From Candidatus Hinthialibacter antarcticus (GTDB lineage: Bacteria > Hinthialibacterota > Hinthialibacteria > Hinthialibacterales > Hinthialibacteraceae): a stretch of DNA of 64,000 nt. The notes beneath the pieces were generated by a model that was given only the letters and a program-made list of their open reading frames with translations, ran no database searches and was not told where the DNA came from. The position numbers were made by a program, and so were the translations under genes. The DNA lies in assembly GCA_030765645.1 (NCBI GenBank), contig JAVCCE010000054.1:3568-67567 (forward strand). The letters are read 5' to 3'. Positions 35,449 to 45,386 of the stretch are shown piece after piece; position 1 is the first letter of the stretch, and the number at the start of each line of letters is the position of its first letter.

Positions 35449-36813
35449 AGTGTTGATGTGTTGCCGACCATCTGTTTCAGGGAGTAGAATCCCGAGCGAT
35501 TTAATCTTTCGAAACAGCGTCGTCGGGTGGATGCCCAGCGCTTTGGCTGCTGCCGTGCGGTTGCCGTGATACTGATTGAGCGTGTTGGTGATGTGAATGG
35601 TTTCGAGTTTTTGCAAGGACAAACTCTTTTGATCATTCCATTCATACGCCTTGTTGCTGTCGGTGAGGTACGGAGGCAAATGGGTCGCTTCGATCAAGGG
35701 GCCTCTACAAAGAACGAAGGCGTGTTCGATGATGTTTTCTAATTCTCGAATATTGCCCGGGAACGGATACGTCATAAGAGCAGCCATGACTCTATCTGAT
35801 ACATGAGAAATTGCTTTTTCGTGCACCCGGTTAAACGACGAGATGAAGTGTTGAACTAACAAGGGGATGTCTTCACGACGCTCTCGAAGAGGCGGAATTT
35901 CAATGCGAATCACATTGACGCGATAAAACAAATCTTCACGGAATTTACCCCGGCGCACTAATTGGTGCAAGTCTTTGTTCGATGCAGCAATGACCCGAAC
36001 GTCAACCGTCTGTGACTTGGTTGCGCCAAGAGGCTCAAACGTTTTTTCTTGCAAAAAGCGCAAGAGACGGACTTGCATGGCAGGCGAGACATCACCAATT
36101 TCATCGAGAAAAATCGTCCCGTGGTCCGCTAGAGCAAACCGCCCGGGCTTATCGCGTTTCGCGTCGGTAAACGCCCCCGCTTTATAACCAAACAATTCTG
36201 ATTCAAGCAACGTATCCGGCAGGGCGCCGCAATTGATGGCAATAAACGCCTTGTTGTTTCGGGAGGATAAATGATGAATCGCGCGCGCAAATAATTCTTT
36301 CCCGGTACCGCTTTCACCTATTAGTACAGACGTTGCATCGCTGGCGGCAACTTGTGGGAGCACATCGAAGATTCGCTTCATGCCGGCGCTGTGTCCGACA
36401 ATATCTTCAAAGGAGTATTTCTCGTACAACTTCTTCCGCAGTTCTTCTACTTGGCTTAAATCGCGAAACGTCTCCACCCCGCCGACAACAGCGCCCCGGG
36501 AATTTTTGAGCAAAGCCGTTGAGATACTGATCGGAATCTGGTTGCCTTTCAGGTCGATAATATAGATTGTTCTATTGATGATGGGGGCGCCTGTTTTAAG
36601 GGTATGTTTGAGGGCGCAATGGCTTTCGCAGATACTCGAGCGAAATACCTCACAACAGGGCTTGCCGACAGCGTCTTGGCGTGAAATCCCAATGATTTTT
36701 TCTGCTGCGCGGTTGAATGACGTTACATTCCAGTTGCGATCAACGGTAAATACGCCATCAGCGATAGAATCAAGAATGATGTCGGTTGCGCTGTTTTCTG
36801 GTTGTTCAAACAC
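35434..36813 (-). CDS. Sigma-54 enhancer-binding protein, PAS-AAA+-HTH (OrpR-like)
   Basis: PAS with PCCEVFRSSICESHC; GESGTGKE, ESELFG, GAFTDA, FLDEIGD, FREDLFYR, PGNIRELEN, Fis-type HTH. Confidence 0.92.
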   Translation of the reverse strand: MFEQPENSATDIILDSIADGVFTVDRNWNVTSFNRAAEKIIGISRQDAVGKPCCEVFRSSICESHCALKHTLKTGAPIINRTIYIIDLKGNQIPISISTALLKNSRGAVVGGVETFRDLSQVEELRKKLYEKYSFEDIVGHSAGMKRIFDVLPQVAASDATSVLIGESGTGKELFARAIHHLSSRNNKAFIAINCGALPDTLLESELFGYKAGAFTDAKRDKPGRFALADHGTIFLDEIGDVSPAMQVRLLRFLQEKTFEPLGATKSQTVDVRVIAASNKDLHQLVRRGKFREDLFYRVNVIRIEIPPLRERREDIPLLVQHFISSFNRVHEKAISHVSDRVMAALMTYPFPGNIRELENIIEHAFVLCRGPLIEATHLPPYLTDSNKAYEWNDQKSLSLQKLETIHITNTLNQYHGNRTAAAKALGIHPTTLFRKIKSLGILLPETDGRQHINTSKMQ

Positions 36814-37007
36814 TTTTCTCTCGACAAAAATGTTAAGTGCGATTCAGCATTATATAAATGATGCAACGAATCGAAGGCCGATTCTACTGCTACATCCACA
36901 CATCATTCTGGTAAAACACAAAACGAATCGATATAAGCGATGAAACGCTCCGCTCGACATGAACGGGGCGCTTTCTATTGCACGTCTTTCTCCCAGAAAC
37001 TGACAGT

Positions 37008-37193
37008 AAATGACAAACCAAATTTGGCATGGATGCGACTCTGGGAGCGCCTGTGCATGAGGGCCTGAAAGCCCGCACTGAAGCGAGCAGAGTGGCGCCC
37101 ATGCCTGATACAGCGAAGGATCAAGGATTTACAAAAAAGTGTCAAAAAAACGAAATCCAATTTGTGATAAAGTATCCAAATACCGGAAGAACC
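37008..37193. mobile_element. MITE copy 3 (partial: hairpin plus ...ccggaagaacc end)
   Basis: Colinear with copy 2 from aaatgacaaacca to taccggaagaacc; the other end was not recognisable. Confidence 0.8.
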
Positions 37194-37354
37194 ATTAAAG
37201 TGTATATAGAGAATCAAGACTTAGAAAAGGAAGATGACTTTCGAATAAGTGAATCGTAAGGCGGAGAAATTGATTGACGTTACTGAAAATCATACTGCAT
37301 CAGGGCTTTTGGCTCGCAAGGCTTCTCAATGGCGTACCCTGGAGGATATTTAGA

Positions 37355-38944
37355 ATGAAAACATTCTGCTGGCTTGTAATTGTTGCGTCTCTGAATTTAT
37401 TTGGCCTAATAACAATTGCCGATGAATTAGAAATTAAACTATTCGATGGCGAGAAATTCTGGGGCGGATGCGTCACCGATGGCCGTGCGATGCCTTATGG
37501 CGAGTCGAAATTTGATCGAGACTTATACGGAGATACTCAAGGCAACCAGGCGCAACCGTTGTTGATATCAAACAAAGGCCGCTATGTTTGGTGCGAAGAG
37601 CCTTTTGAATTTGAATTCGATAATAATCGCCTTACAGTGAAATCAATTGCGGGAAAAATCGAGTCGGGCAAGTCTGGCGATACGCTGCGAGACGCATTCC
37701 TGCATGTAAGCAAAACATACTTTCCAAGCACAGGCGAATTGCCTGATGAACTGCTCTTCATTAAACCCCAATACAACACCTGGATTGAATTAATTTACGA
37801 TCAACGCGAAGGCCGAATTCGCAAATACGCAAACGACATCATCGACAATGGATTTCCGGCAGGGGTGTTGATGATCGACGACAATTGGCAGGAAGACTAT
37901 GGCGTGTGGGATTTTCACCCGGGACGTTTTCAAGACCCAAAAGGGATGATGGAGCATTTGCACGGTCTTGGGTTTAAAGTGATGTTGTGGATTTGTCCGT
38001 ACTTCAGCCCGGACAGCGAAACATTTCGTTTGCTAAACAGAAAACGCTATTTCCTACTGGATGAACGCACGGGCGCCTACTTATGCCGCTGGTGGAACGG
38101 CTATAGCGCCTCGCTTGATCTTACAAACCCGGAAGCGGTGGAGTATTTTCAAAGCCGTCTCAAATATCTGGTCGATGAATATGGCGCCGATGGTTTCAAA
38201 CTCGATGCGGGTGACGCGAGAGCCTATACCGACCCCAATATCATTGCCAATGAAACGATTAACCCAAACGAATTTTCTGAGCGCTGGGCTAAATTGGGAT
38301 TGCCCTTCAAACTGAATGAGTACCGCGCTTGTTGGAAGATGGCGGGACAACCGCTGGCGCAACGGCTTCGGGATAAAGGCCACAACTGGCGCGACCTTGG
38401 TCAACTTGTTCCCGACGCCTTGGCGTTAAGCATAATGGGCTACGCGTTTATATGCCCTGATATGATAGGAGGCGGCGAGTATAGCTACTTCTATAACAAC
38501 CCCGACAAACCACTCGATCAGGAACTGATCGTTCGTTCCGCTCAATGTTCTGCATTGATGCCGATGATGCAATTCTCCGTCGCGCCGTGGCGCGTGTTAA
38601 ACGAAGAAAACATGGCCATCTGTCGCGACATGGCTTTGCTGCATGAGAAGATGGGGCCGGAAATTCTCGCCATCGCCAAAGCATCCGCTGAGTCGGGCGA
38701 ACCCATGGTGCGCCACATGGAATATCAGTATCCCCATCAAGGCTATGCGGAGATTAAGGACCAATTTCTTCTTGGAGAAAACCTACTCATTGCGCCCGTT
38801 CTTGAGAAAGGCGCCCGGACGCGAACCATCGTTTTCCCTGAAGGCAAGTGGCAAGGAGACGACGGAATGGTCGTGCAAGGGCCTAGTACAACAACCGTTG
38901 ATGCGCCGCTCACGCGGCTGCCCTGGTTTAGAAAAATCAACTAA
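37355..38944 (+). CDS. Secreted glycoside hydrolase family 31
   Basis: PQYNTW, MIDDNWQ, DGFKLDAG (nucleophile), PDMIGGG, MMQFS, DQFLLG..LLIAP; ATG 37355 after ggagga. Confidence 0.9.
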   Translation: MKTFCWLVIVASLNLFGLITIADELEIKLFDGEKFWGGCVTDGRAMPYGESKFDRDLYGDTQGNQAQPLLISNKGRYVWCEEPFEFEFDNNRLTVKSIAGKIESGKSGDTLRDAFLHVSKTYFPSTGELPDELLFIKPQYNTWIELIYDQREGRIRKYANDIIDNGFPAGVLMIDDNWQEDYGVWDFHPGRFQDPKGMMEHLHGLGFKVMLWICPYFSPDSETFRLLNRKRYFLLDERTGAYLCRWWNGYSASLDLTNPEAVEYFQSRLKYLVDEYGADGFKLDAGDARAYTDPNIIANETINPNEFSERWAKLGLPFKLNEYRACWKMAGQPLAQRLRDKGHNWRDLGQLVPDALALSIMGYAFICPDMIGGGEYSYFYNNPDKPLDQELIVRSAQCSALMPMMQFSVAPWRVLNEENMAICRDMALLHEKMGPEILAIAKASAESGEPMVRHMEYQYPHQGYAEIKDQFLLGENLLIAPVLEKGARTRTIVFPEGKWQGDDGMVVQGPSTTTVDAPLTRLPWFRKIN

Positions 38945-38996
38945 TCATTCGAGCCGGTTTTCTTAAGATATTTGAGTGTATCATTGTGGATTTTGG

Positions 38997-40142
38997 TTAC
39001 ACTTTTTCCATCGAAAAAAGCAATATATAGCGGTCATCGTTGTGGCGGACTCCAATCATGTTTATCTGGCCGAATGTCGTGAGTAATGATGTAGACAGAT
39101 GAAGATATTTTTTATCAAATTTCTCCGACCCTTCATCTCCATTGTTGTATACATGAATTTCAACCCGAAACGTTTCGTCTTCAGCGACGCCCGACTTACA
39201 TTGCACCTCCACAGCGTAATTATCCCCAAGAATTGTACGAAAGAAGCCGGGTATCGAACTCTCTGCGGCGAGCATTGCTTCCGTTTCAACTTGGTACACT
39301 TCGGTTTTTTGCAATGAGCGAATTATCGAATCGAGTTTTGTTTTTGGAAAAATTTGGCTTAATTCACTGTTTAAATTTTCGATACTTTCTTTCATAAAAT
39401 GATGTTCTTTAATTTTTGAGTCAGAATCAGTATTTTTTGAGGTTCTCACATATTCCGTAATTCGTTCTGCTTCTTGCCGCGTTCTCGCGAACCCATGTAC
39501 TTCAAATTTTGTGATCTTGTCTTCGCGGTCTGTTTCAACCTCACGGAATAATAAATTTTCAAAATTTTCTCTATGATTGATTAGCCAGCGAGGGTATTTG
39601 TTTCTTGTTCGGCCTTCGTCCCAACATTTACCCCAGATCGAAAATTCAAAGGGATAGTTCTTTAATTTTGGATGGATATCACGCTCAACAAACGCCAGGC
39701 GATATAGAACAGGCGCGTCTTCTTTGATTGGGTTTTGAAGTTTCGATAAGAAGTTTTGGATCTGTTTGTGTTCAGCGTCAGTCGCTAAAACAACAATGAA
39801 ATTGTTTTCAACGTCATATTGCACGGGTGAGGTGGGCGAGGGCTGCTCGCTGGTCGTCTCTTTTGTGATTGATGCGCTAGCAATTAATTCATCGTTGATC
39901 GCAGAATCGGGATAGCGAATGGTATGATTGAATGAAATGAATTGAGAAAGAATTTCGACATAACCGGGTTGAAATGTTGAAGGCGCTGTATAGATTCGGA
40001 TCAGTAATTCTTCGGGAACGGAGTCTTCTGGTTTACTGTCTTGCGCAACAGCGTCATTGAATGAAACAATCGGCGCATCATTCATCGTAAAAACGACGAA
40101 ACACAAAAGAAGAACAACGGCAGCGAGAAGCGTCTTCATCAA
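38997..40142 (-). CDS. Exported hypothetical protein with a secretin N-domain (NolW)-like segment
   Basis: Signal/anchor; VQYDVENNFIVVLATDAEHKQIQNFLSKL; overlaps the anti-sigma gene by 4 bp. Confidence 0.55.
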   Translation of the reverse strand: MMKTLLAAVVLLLCFVVFTMNDAPIVSFNDAVAQDSKPEDSVPEELLIRIYTAPSTFQPGYVEILSQFISFNHTIRYPDSAINDELIASASITKETTSEQPSPTSPVQYDVENNFIVVLATDAEHKQIQNFLSKLQNPIKEDAPVLYRLAFVERDIHPKLKNYPFEFSIWGKCWDEGRTRNKYPRWLINHRENFENLLFREVETDREDKITKFEVHGFARTRQEAERITEYVRTSKNTDSDSKIKEHHFMKESIENLNSELSQIFPKTKLDSIIRSLQKTEVYQVETEAMLAAESSIPGFFRTILGDNYAVEVQCKSGVAEDETFRVEIHVYNNGDEGSEKFDKKYLHLSTSLLTTFGQINMIGVRHNDDRYILLFSMEKV

Positions 40143-40576
40143 TATTTCCAGACGACTTGAATATCATCTTCTAAATAGCCATGAATCATAAAACTGCTTT
40201 TCTCTGGCTGATCTGACGATTGATTCGAGATTAAGGTTGGGTGTTCTATTTTGGGAAACAAAGCAACGAGGCCGGGGTCATCGACGATATGTTGCCCCGG
40301 CATCAAGACCGGGCCAGCATATAAGCCTGTCTCTTGTGAGTTTTTATTTAGCATCAAAGAATAACTTGTTCCGATCCCAACGAAGACAATGACGGCTCCC
40401 AACAAAAAAACATTCAATGGTTTGCCAGCGATGCGCCCCCAAAAAGTTCGGCGCGACCAGGATTGTTCGAACAGTCTGCGAAATTGGTTCACTTCGTCAG
40501 AAGAGACGCTTTCATCCAAGGCGGAATCAAACCGTTTCTTCATCTCAAGATTGATTTGATTTTGTATGTCTTTCAT
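40139..40576 (-). CDS. Single-pass membrane protein, putative anti-sigma factor
   Basis: One TM (VFLLGAVIVFVGIG); directly downstream of the ECF sigma gene. Confidence 0.65.
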   Translation of the reverse strand: MKDIQNQINLEMKKRFDSALDESVSSDEVNQFRRLFEQSWSRRTFWGRIAGKPLNVFLLGAVIVFVGIGTSYSLMLNKNSQETGLYAGPVLMPGQHIVDDPGLVALFPKIEHPTLISNQSSDQPEKSSFMIHGYLEDDIQVVWKY

Positions 40577-40592
40577 TGCGATTCCCCAGTAG

Positions 40593-41135
40593 CTAAACAG
40601 AAAATTGTTCGCGTAATGACTCCGTGACGCGAAAGACGCGTGTGCGCGCGGTTTTTACCTGGCAATTCATAATTTCTGCAATTTCCTGATATTTCATATC
40701 TTCAAGGTAACGTAGAGAAAAAGCCGTCCGAAAGGCTTCGGGCATGTCTTGGATATGTTGAATGATTTTTTCAAGCCATTCATTTTGCTCGGCATAATGG
40801 ATCGGGATGAGTTGGGCGGGGTATAACAATTGGGTTAACAGGTTTACATCCAAATTTTTCTGTCTTTGTGATCGGCGAATATGGTCGACGCACAGATTAT
40901 AACAAATTGAAGCCGACCATGATTTAAATGAACTGCCTTCTTGATATCTGTTCAAATTCTGAAAAATTTTAAGCCATACTTCCTGGCTTATTTCTTCTGA
41001 TGTGGTTTTGCACAATGTCGTTCGATAGGCAAGGCGGTATAGAAACAACGCATATCGAACAAACAGCTCTTTTCCGGCTGCGGCGTTATTTGTCTTACAC
41101 AGTATTACGAGTTGATCGTCAGTCAGATTGTTCAC
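40593..41135 (-). CDS. ECF RNA polymerase sigma factor
   Basis: EEISQEVW, FKSW, NLCVDHIR (region 2); LRYLEDMKYQEIAEIM...TARTRVFR (region 4). Confidence 0.93.
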   Translation of the reverse strand: MNNLTDDQLVILCKTNNAAAGKELFVRYALFLYRLAYRTTLCKTTSEEISQEVWLKIFQNLNRYQEGSSFKSWSASICYNLCVDHIRRSQRQKNLDVNLLTQLLYPAQLIPIHYAEQNEWLEKIIQHIQDMPEAFRTAFSLRYLEDMKYQEIAEIMNCQVKTARTRVFRVTESLREQFSV

Positions 41136-41167
41136 ATTTCACCCTGTAATCGCATCTTCCTATCTAT

Positions 41168-41192
41168 AACGATTCAAGCAAAAAAACGTTCC
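41168..41192 (-). promoter_or_regulatory. ECF-type promoter for the sigma/anti-sigma operon
   Basis: Minus strand GGAAC-gtttttttgcttgaat-CGTT (16-nt spacer). Confidence 0.7.
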
Positions 41193-41227
41193 TAAAAACA
41201 ATAGGTTATAGGAATTTCACATATTTG

Positions 41228-41252
41228 GGAACGTTTTTCTCTCACCAGCGTT
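41228..41252 (+). promoter_or_regulatory. ECF-type promoter for the TolC-MFP-ABC operon
   Basis: GGAAC-gtttttctctcaccag-CGTT (16-nt spacer). Confidence 0.7.
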
Positions 41253-41289
41253 TAAGGTAAAGAAATCAAATAGCTGGATTGCGATCTAA

Positions 41290-43167
41290 ATGAATTTTAA
41301 ATTGTGTAACCAATTTTCCGCTTATTTTATTGTTATCTGTTTGTTTGCCGGGTGTTCTACACAACATCACCGTGAATCAGTAGACCGCGCTGCTTACGAA
41401 GCAATACAAGAGTATCAACGAGCCAATCTGGGTGAATCGGAACCGTTTACGGTTGAAAAACCGTCAATCGAATTGCGGCAACGAATCATGCAATCCCAAC
41501 CGATTCAATTTTCTCACCCGGCGTCAATCAACGTGAATCATCTAGAACCGATTGAACACTGGCCCAGCGATGGATATATAACCCCGGCAACGGTTTCTGA
41601 AATCTTAACCGCAGCAACTTCACCCATTTCACTCAACTTAGTTGACGCGCTACAGATTGCTGCGAAAAATAGCCGTGAATACCAAGGCCAAAAAGAGCAA
41701 GTGTTTCAAGAAGCGCTCAATCTTGATCTGCAAGAAGAACAATTTCGCGCCAGTTTTTTTAATGGCATTGACGCGCAGTATGAGAACGACCGGACAGATA
41801 CTGATTCGCCCGATGGAATTGTGACCGAAAATTTTGGCGCGGGTTTCAATCCATCAATTAGCAAGACGTTCTTATCCGGCGCGCAACTCTCCGCCCAATT
41901 GGGTTGGGACCTGGCGATGCTTCTCAGCCCGGGCAGCGTCTCATCAAAATCGTTATTCGGCGACGCTTCGATTACGGTCCCGTTGCTTCGCGGCGCTGGC
42001 CGCCATATTGTTGCAGAGCCTTTGACCCAAGCGCAACGGAATATGGTGTATGCCATTTATGAATTCGAACGCTTCAAGCGGTCATTTGCGGTTTCGATTG
42101 CGGACGAATATTTATCCGTTCTTCAACGCATCGACGAAGTAAAAAATGCTGAGCAAAATTATAAAAGTTTAATTACGTCCGCGCGCCGCGCGCAAATGAA
42201 TTTACGGACAGGAAAAATATCACCTGTTGAAGTCGATCAGGCCTATCAGAACGAATTGTCTGCGCGAAACCGCTGGGTCAGTTCACGCCAAGCGTATGCA
42301 AACGCAATCGACTCGTTTAAGTATGAATTGGGCCTGCCGATTGATGCCTCGATTGAATTAAACCGGGATGAGTTTGTTCGGTTGGCGCAGTCATCTGAAA
42401 CCATTATTGCAGGCGCCACCTCGTTACAACGAGATGAAGAAGTGCCTCCTGCGGACGCGCCGATTGTGTTGCAGGAGCCGACGAGCCGTAACGCAGGTAA
42501 GATGGAGATCGAACCAATCGAAGCGATCCGGTTGGCATTTGAAAACCGCTTGGATTTAAGGACGGTGCAGGGCCGCGTATATGACGCTCAACGAAAAGTT
42601 GTCGTTGCAGCGGACGGGCTCAGACCGGAGATCACATTGTTTGGAAGCGTATCAACCGGACAAAGCCGCGGCATCGGTTCTGCTGACCGCGCTGATTCAC
42701 AAGTGTTAGATTTGGGCCGCGGCCTTTATTCCGCGCTACTCACCGTAGACTTGCCCACAGAGCGAACTCGCGAGGCCATCGAGTTTAGACGAAGTTACAT
42801 TGACCTAGAGCGCTCGGTGCGCGACCTGCAAGAACTCGAGGGGCGCATCAAACTTGATATTCGAAATCAGTTACGAATTTTGGTCGATGCTCGAGAGAGT
42901 CTGCGTATTCAAGTTCTCTCCGTTAACCTCGCTGAGCAACGCGTTCAAAGCACCGAATTATTTATGGAAGCCGGGCGGATCGAAATTCGAGATCTATTAG
43001 ACGCGCAAGAAGACCTTTTGTCCGCTCAAAATGCTTTAACATCAGCAATGGTGAACTACCGGATTACCGAACTCGAATTGCAACGCGACCTAGGCGTGTT
43101 AAAAGTCAACCACGAAGGAATCTGGCAAGAATACAACCCGGAGATGAATTCCAATGAGTCAAGTTAA
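41290..43167 (+). CDS. TolC-family outer-membrane efflux lipoprotein
   Basis: Lipobox FAGC; LVDALQIA..NSREY, VPLLRGAG, DLLDAQEDLLSAQN. Confidence 0.88.
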   Translation: MNFKLCNQFSAYFIVICLFAGCSTQHHRESVDRAAYEAIQEYQRANLGESEPFTVEKPSIELRQRIMQSQPIQFSHPASINVNHLEPIEHWPSDGYITPATVSEILTAATSPISLNLVDALQIAAKNSREYQGQKEQVFQEALNLDLQEEQFRASFFNGIDAQYENDRTDTDSPDGIVTENFGAGFNPSISKTFLSGAQLSAQLGWDLAMLLSPGSVSSKSLFGDASITVPLLRGAGRHIVAEPLTQAQRNMVYAIYEFERFKRSFAVSIADEYLSVLQRIDEVKNAEQNYKSLITSARRAQMNLRTGKISPVEVDQAYQNELSARNRWVSSRQAYANAIDSFKYELGLPIDASIELNRDEFVRLAQSSETIIAGATSLQRDEEVPPADAPIVLQEPTSRNAGKMEIEPIEAIRLAFENRLDLRTVQGRVYDAQRKVVVAADGLRPEITLFGSVSTGQSRGIGSADRADSQVLDLGRGLYSALLTVDLPTERTREAIEFRRSYIDLERSVRDLQELEGRIKLDIRNQLRILVDARESLRIQVLSVNLAEQRVQSTELFMEAGRIEIRDLLDAQEDLLSAQNALTSAMVNYRITELELQRDLGVLKVNHEGIWQEYNPEMNSNESS

Positions 43168-44680
43168 ATCAAATAAAGCGGGAATCCTGATCGTGCTGGC
43201 GGTATTATGCGTTGCTGCAGGTTTTGGTTATACCTCAATGCAATCGAATGGTTCGATCAATCCTGATTTGATTAATGTCCCTGTGTTTCAAGTGAAGCAA
43301 GGGCCGCTAAAAATTAGCGTAGTCGAATCAGGAACGATTCGACCGCGCGATGAAGTCATCCTACGGAACGATACAGATGACGACACCACAATTGTTTCGA
43401 TTATTGCTGAAGGGGCTGAAGTCAAAAAAGGCGACCTGATCGCTGTGCTTGACGCTTCTGCAAAAGAAGAACGCCTCGTTGCTCAACAACTTGATCTTCA
43501 GAACGATGAGGCCGAATTAATTAGTTCCCGCGAGAACCTCGATATTGTGAGAAATCAGGCGCAATCGGATATTGAAAAAGCAGAATTGTTGTTTAAGTTT
43601 TCAAAGCAGGACCTGAAAAAATATTTGAAAGGCGAATATCCAAAACAAATTAAAGAAGCGGAAGTCGCAATTACTCTCGCGTCTCAAGAATATGCGTTGG
43701 CAAAAGACGATTTGAAGTGGTCAGAAGTATTATTTAAAAAGAAATATCTCGCCGAATCGGAGCTCCAACAAGATGAATTGTCCGCAAAACGGGCGGAATT
43801 AGATTTGGATTTGGCGAGAGAAGATTTTGAGTTGCTTAAAAATTACACGCACATTCGACAACTCGACCAATTGAATAGCGATGTAAAACAGAATGAGATG
43901 GAATCCGAACGGACTAAGAGCCGGGCGTCGGCGAATATTGTTGAGGCGTCCGCCCGCTATTTTTGGAGACAAGAGCGCGTCCAGCGTCAAAGCCGATATG
44001 TGCGCGAATTAGAGACAGAAATCAAAGCAGCAAAAATATACGCCCCCATTGACGGCTTGGCGTTATACGCATCGAGCGTCATTGAAGATTGGGAGGACGA
44101 CGAAGACCGCATTCGGGTTGGCGCTCTGGTCGATGAAGAGCGTGAGATTATCTTTTTGACGGCGGCGAAAGATTACAACATTGATATTCTGATTCAAGAA
44201 ACGGATTTAAATAAAATTAAACAAGGCCAGCCGGCCAAGATCACGGTCGACGCCTTGCCCGGCGCGAATTTCGTAGGCGTCGTTAACAAAGTATCTCACT
44301 TGCCCAATCAACGACAGCAATACTTAAACCCCAATTTGAAAGTCTATAGCACTGACATCGAAATTCAGGGCGAATCAGAGTCGCTGCGTAATGGGATGAG
44401 CTGCATGGTTGAGATTGTTGTCGAAGAATATGAAAACGCAGTCTATGCGCCGATTCAAGCGGTCGTGAAAGTGAATGGCGTAAGCACTGTTTTTGTTAGA
44501 AACGACAACACGGTCGAGGCGCGTCCAGTAACAATCGGCCTCGATAACAACAGCATGGTCCATATTAAAGAAGGGCTAAGCGAAGGCGAGTATGTTTTAT
44601 TAAAACCGCCGCTAAATTTTCAAAACGAAGATGAGTCAAACGCAACCGCCGAAACGATTGCAAGTTTAACCAATGAATAA
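43154..44680 (+). CDS. HlyD/MacA-type periplasmic adaptor with long coiled coil
   Basis: N-terminal TM, EGAEVKKGD, IYAPIDG, ITVDALP, LRNGMS, GLSEGE. Confidence 0.9.
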   Translation: MSQVKSNKAGILIVLAVLCVAAGFGYTSMQSNGSINPDLINVPVFQVKQGPLKISVVESGTIRPRDEVILRNDTDDDTTIVSIIAEGAEVKKGDLIAVLDASAKEERLVAQQLDLQNDEAELISSRENLDIVRNQAQSDIEKAELLFKFSKQDLKKYLKGEYPKQIKEAEVAITLASQEYALAKDDLKWSEVLFKKKYLAESELQQDELSAKRAELDLDLAREDFELLKNYTHIRQLDQLNSDVKQNEMESERTKSRASANIVEASARYFWRQERVQRQSRYVRELETEIKAAKIYAPIDGLALYASSVIEDWEDDEDRIRVGALVDEEREIIFLTAAKDYNIDILIQETDLNKIKQGQPAKITVDALPGANFVGVVNKVSHLPNQRQQYLNPNLKVYSTDIEIQGESESLRNGMSCMVEIVVEEYENAVYAPIQAVVKVNGVSTVFVRNDNTVEARPVTIGLDNNSMVHIKEGLSEGEYVLLKPPLNFQNEDESNATAETIASLTNE

Positions 44681-45386
44681 AGAGAGACGCAACACATCTG
44701 AAATCGAAGCAGAACTTCAAGCGATCTCAAAAACGTATGCCATGGGCGACCAAGAAGTTCATGCATTGAACCAGGTTGATCTTTCTTTCTATCAAGGAGA
44801 TTTTTGGGCCATCCTGGGGGCGAGTGGTTCGGGAAAAAGCACGTTATTAAATCTATTGGGCTGCCTTGATCGCCCGACAGCAGGCAACTATGTCCTGGGT
44901 GGGGCGGCTGTTCAGGATATGGCGGATGATGAACTCAGTGAAATTCGTCTTCGTAAAATAGGCTTCATCTTTCAGAGTTTTAATTTGATCCAACAATTAA
45001 CGGTCGAAGAAAACATTCAACTTCCATTGTATTACCAGGAAATGGACGAAGAACAAAGCCGCGAAAAAGCGAGGAGCCTCGCTGAATCGGTCGGATTGGG
45101 AGGCCGGATTCAACATATTCCATCTGAACTTTCAGGCGGCCAGCAACAACGCGTGGCGGTCGCCCGCTCGCTGGCCAATGACCCCCAAATTATTTTAGCC
45201 GATGAACCCACCGGCAACCTCGATTCTGCAACCAGTAAAGAAATTATGAACTTGTTGTGCAGCCTGAATGAGCAAGGCAAGACCATTATCATGGTGACTC
45301 ACGAACATGACATCGCCTCCTATACCAAACAACAGTTATACATGAAAGACGGAAAAGTCGAACGAACCGAAGGGGCGCTTGAATGA
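44673..45386 (+). CDS. ABC transporter ATP-binding protein (MacB/LolD-type)
   Basis: [39 protein letters not shown]. Confidence 0.96.
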   Translation: MNKERRNTSEIEAELQAISKTYAMGDQEVHALNQVDLSFYQGDFWAILGASGSGKSTLLNLLGCLDRPTAGNYVLGGAAVQDMADDELSEIRLRKIGFIFQSFNLIQQLTVEENIQLPLYYQEMDEEQSREKARSLAESVGLGGRIQHIPSELSGGQQQRVAVARSLANDPQIILADEPTGNLDSATSKEIMNLLCSLNEQGKTIIMVTHEHDIASYTKQQLYMKDGKVERTEGALE

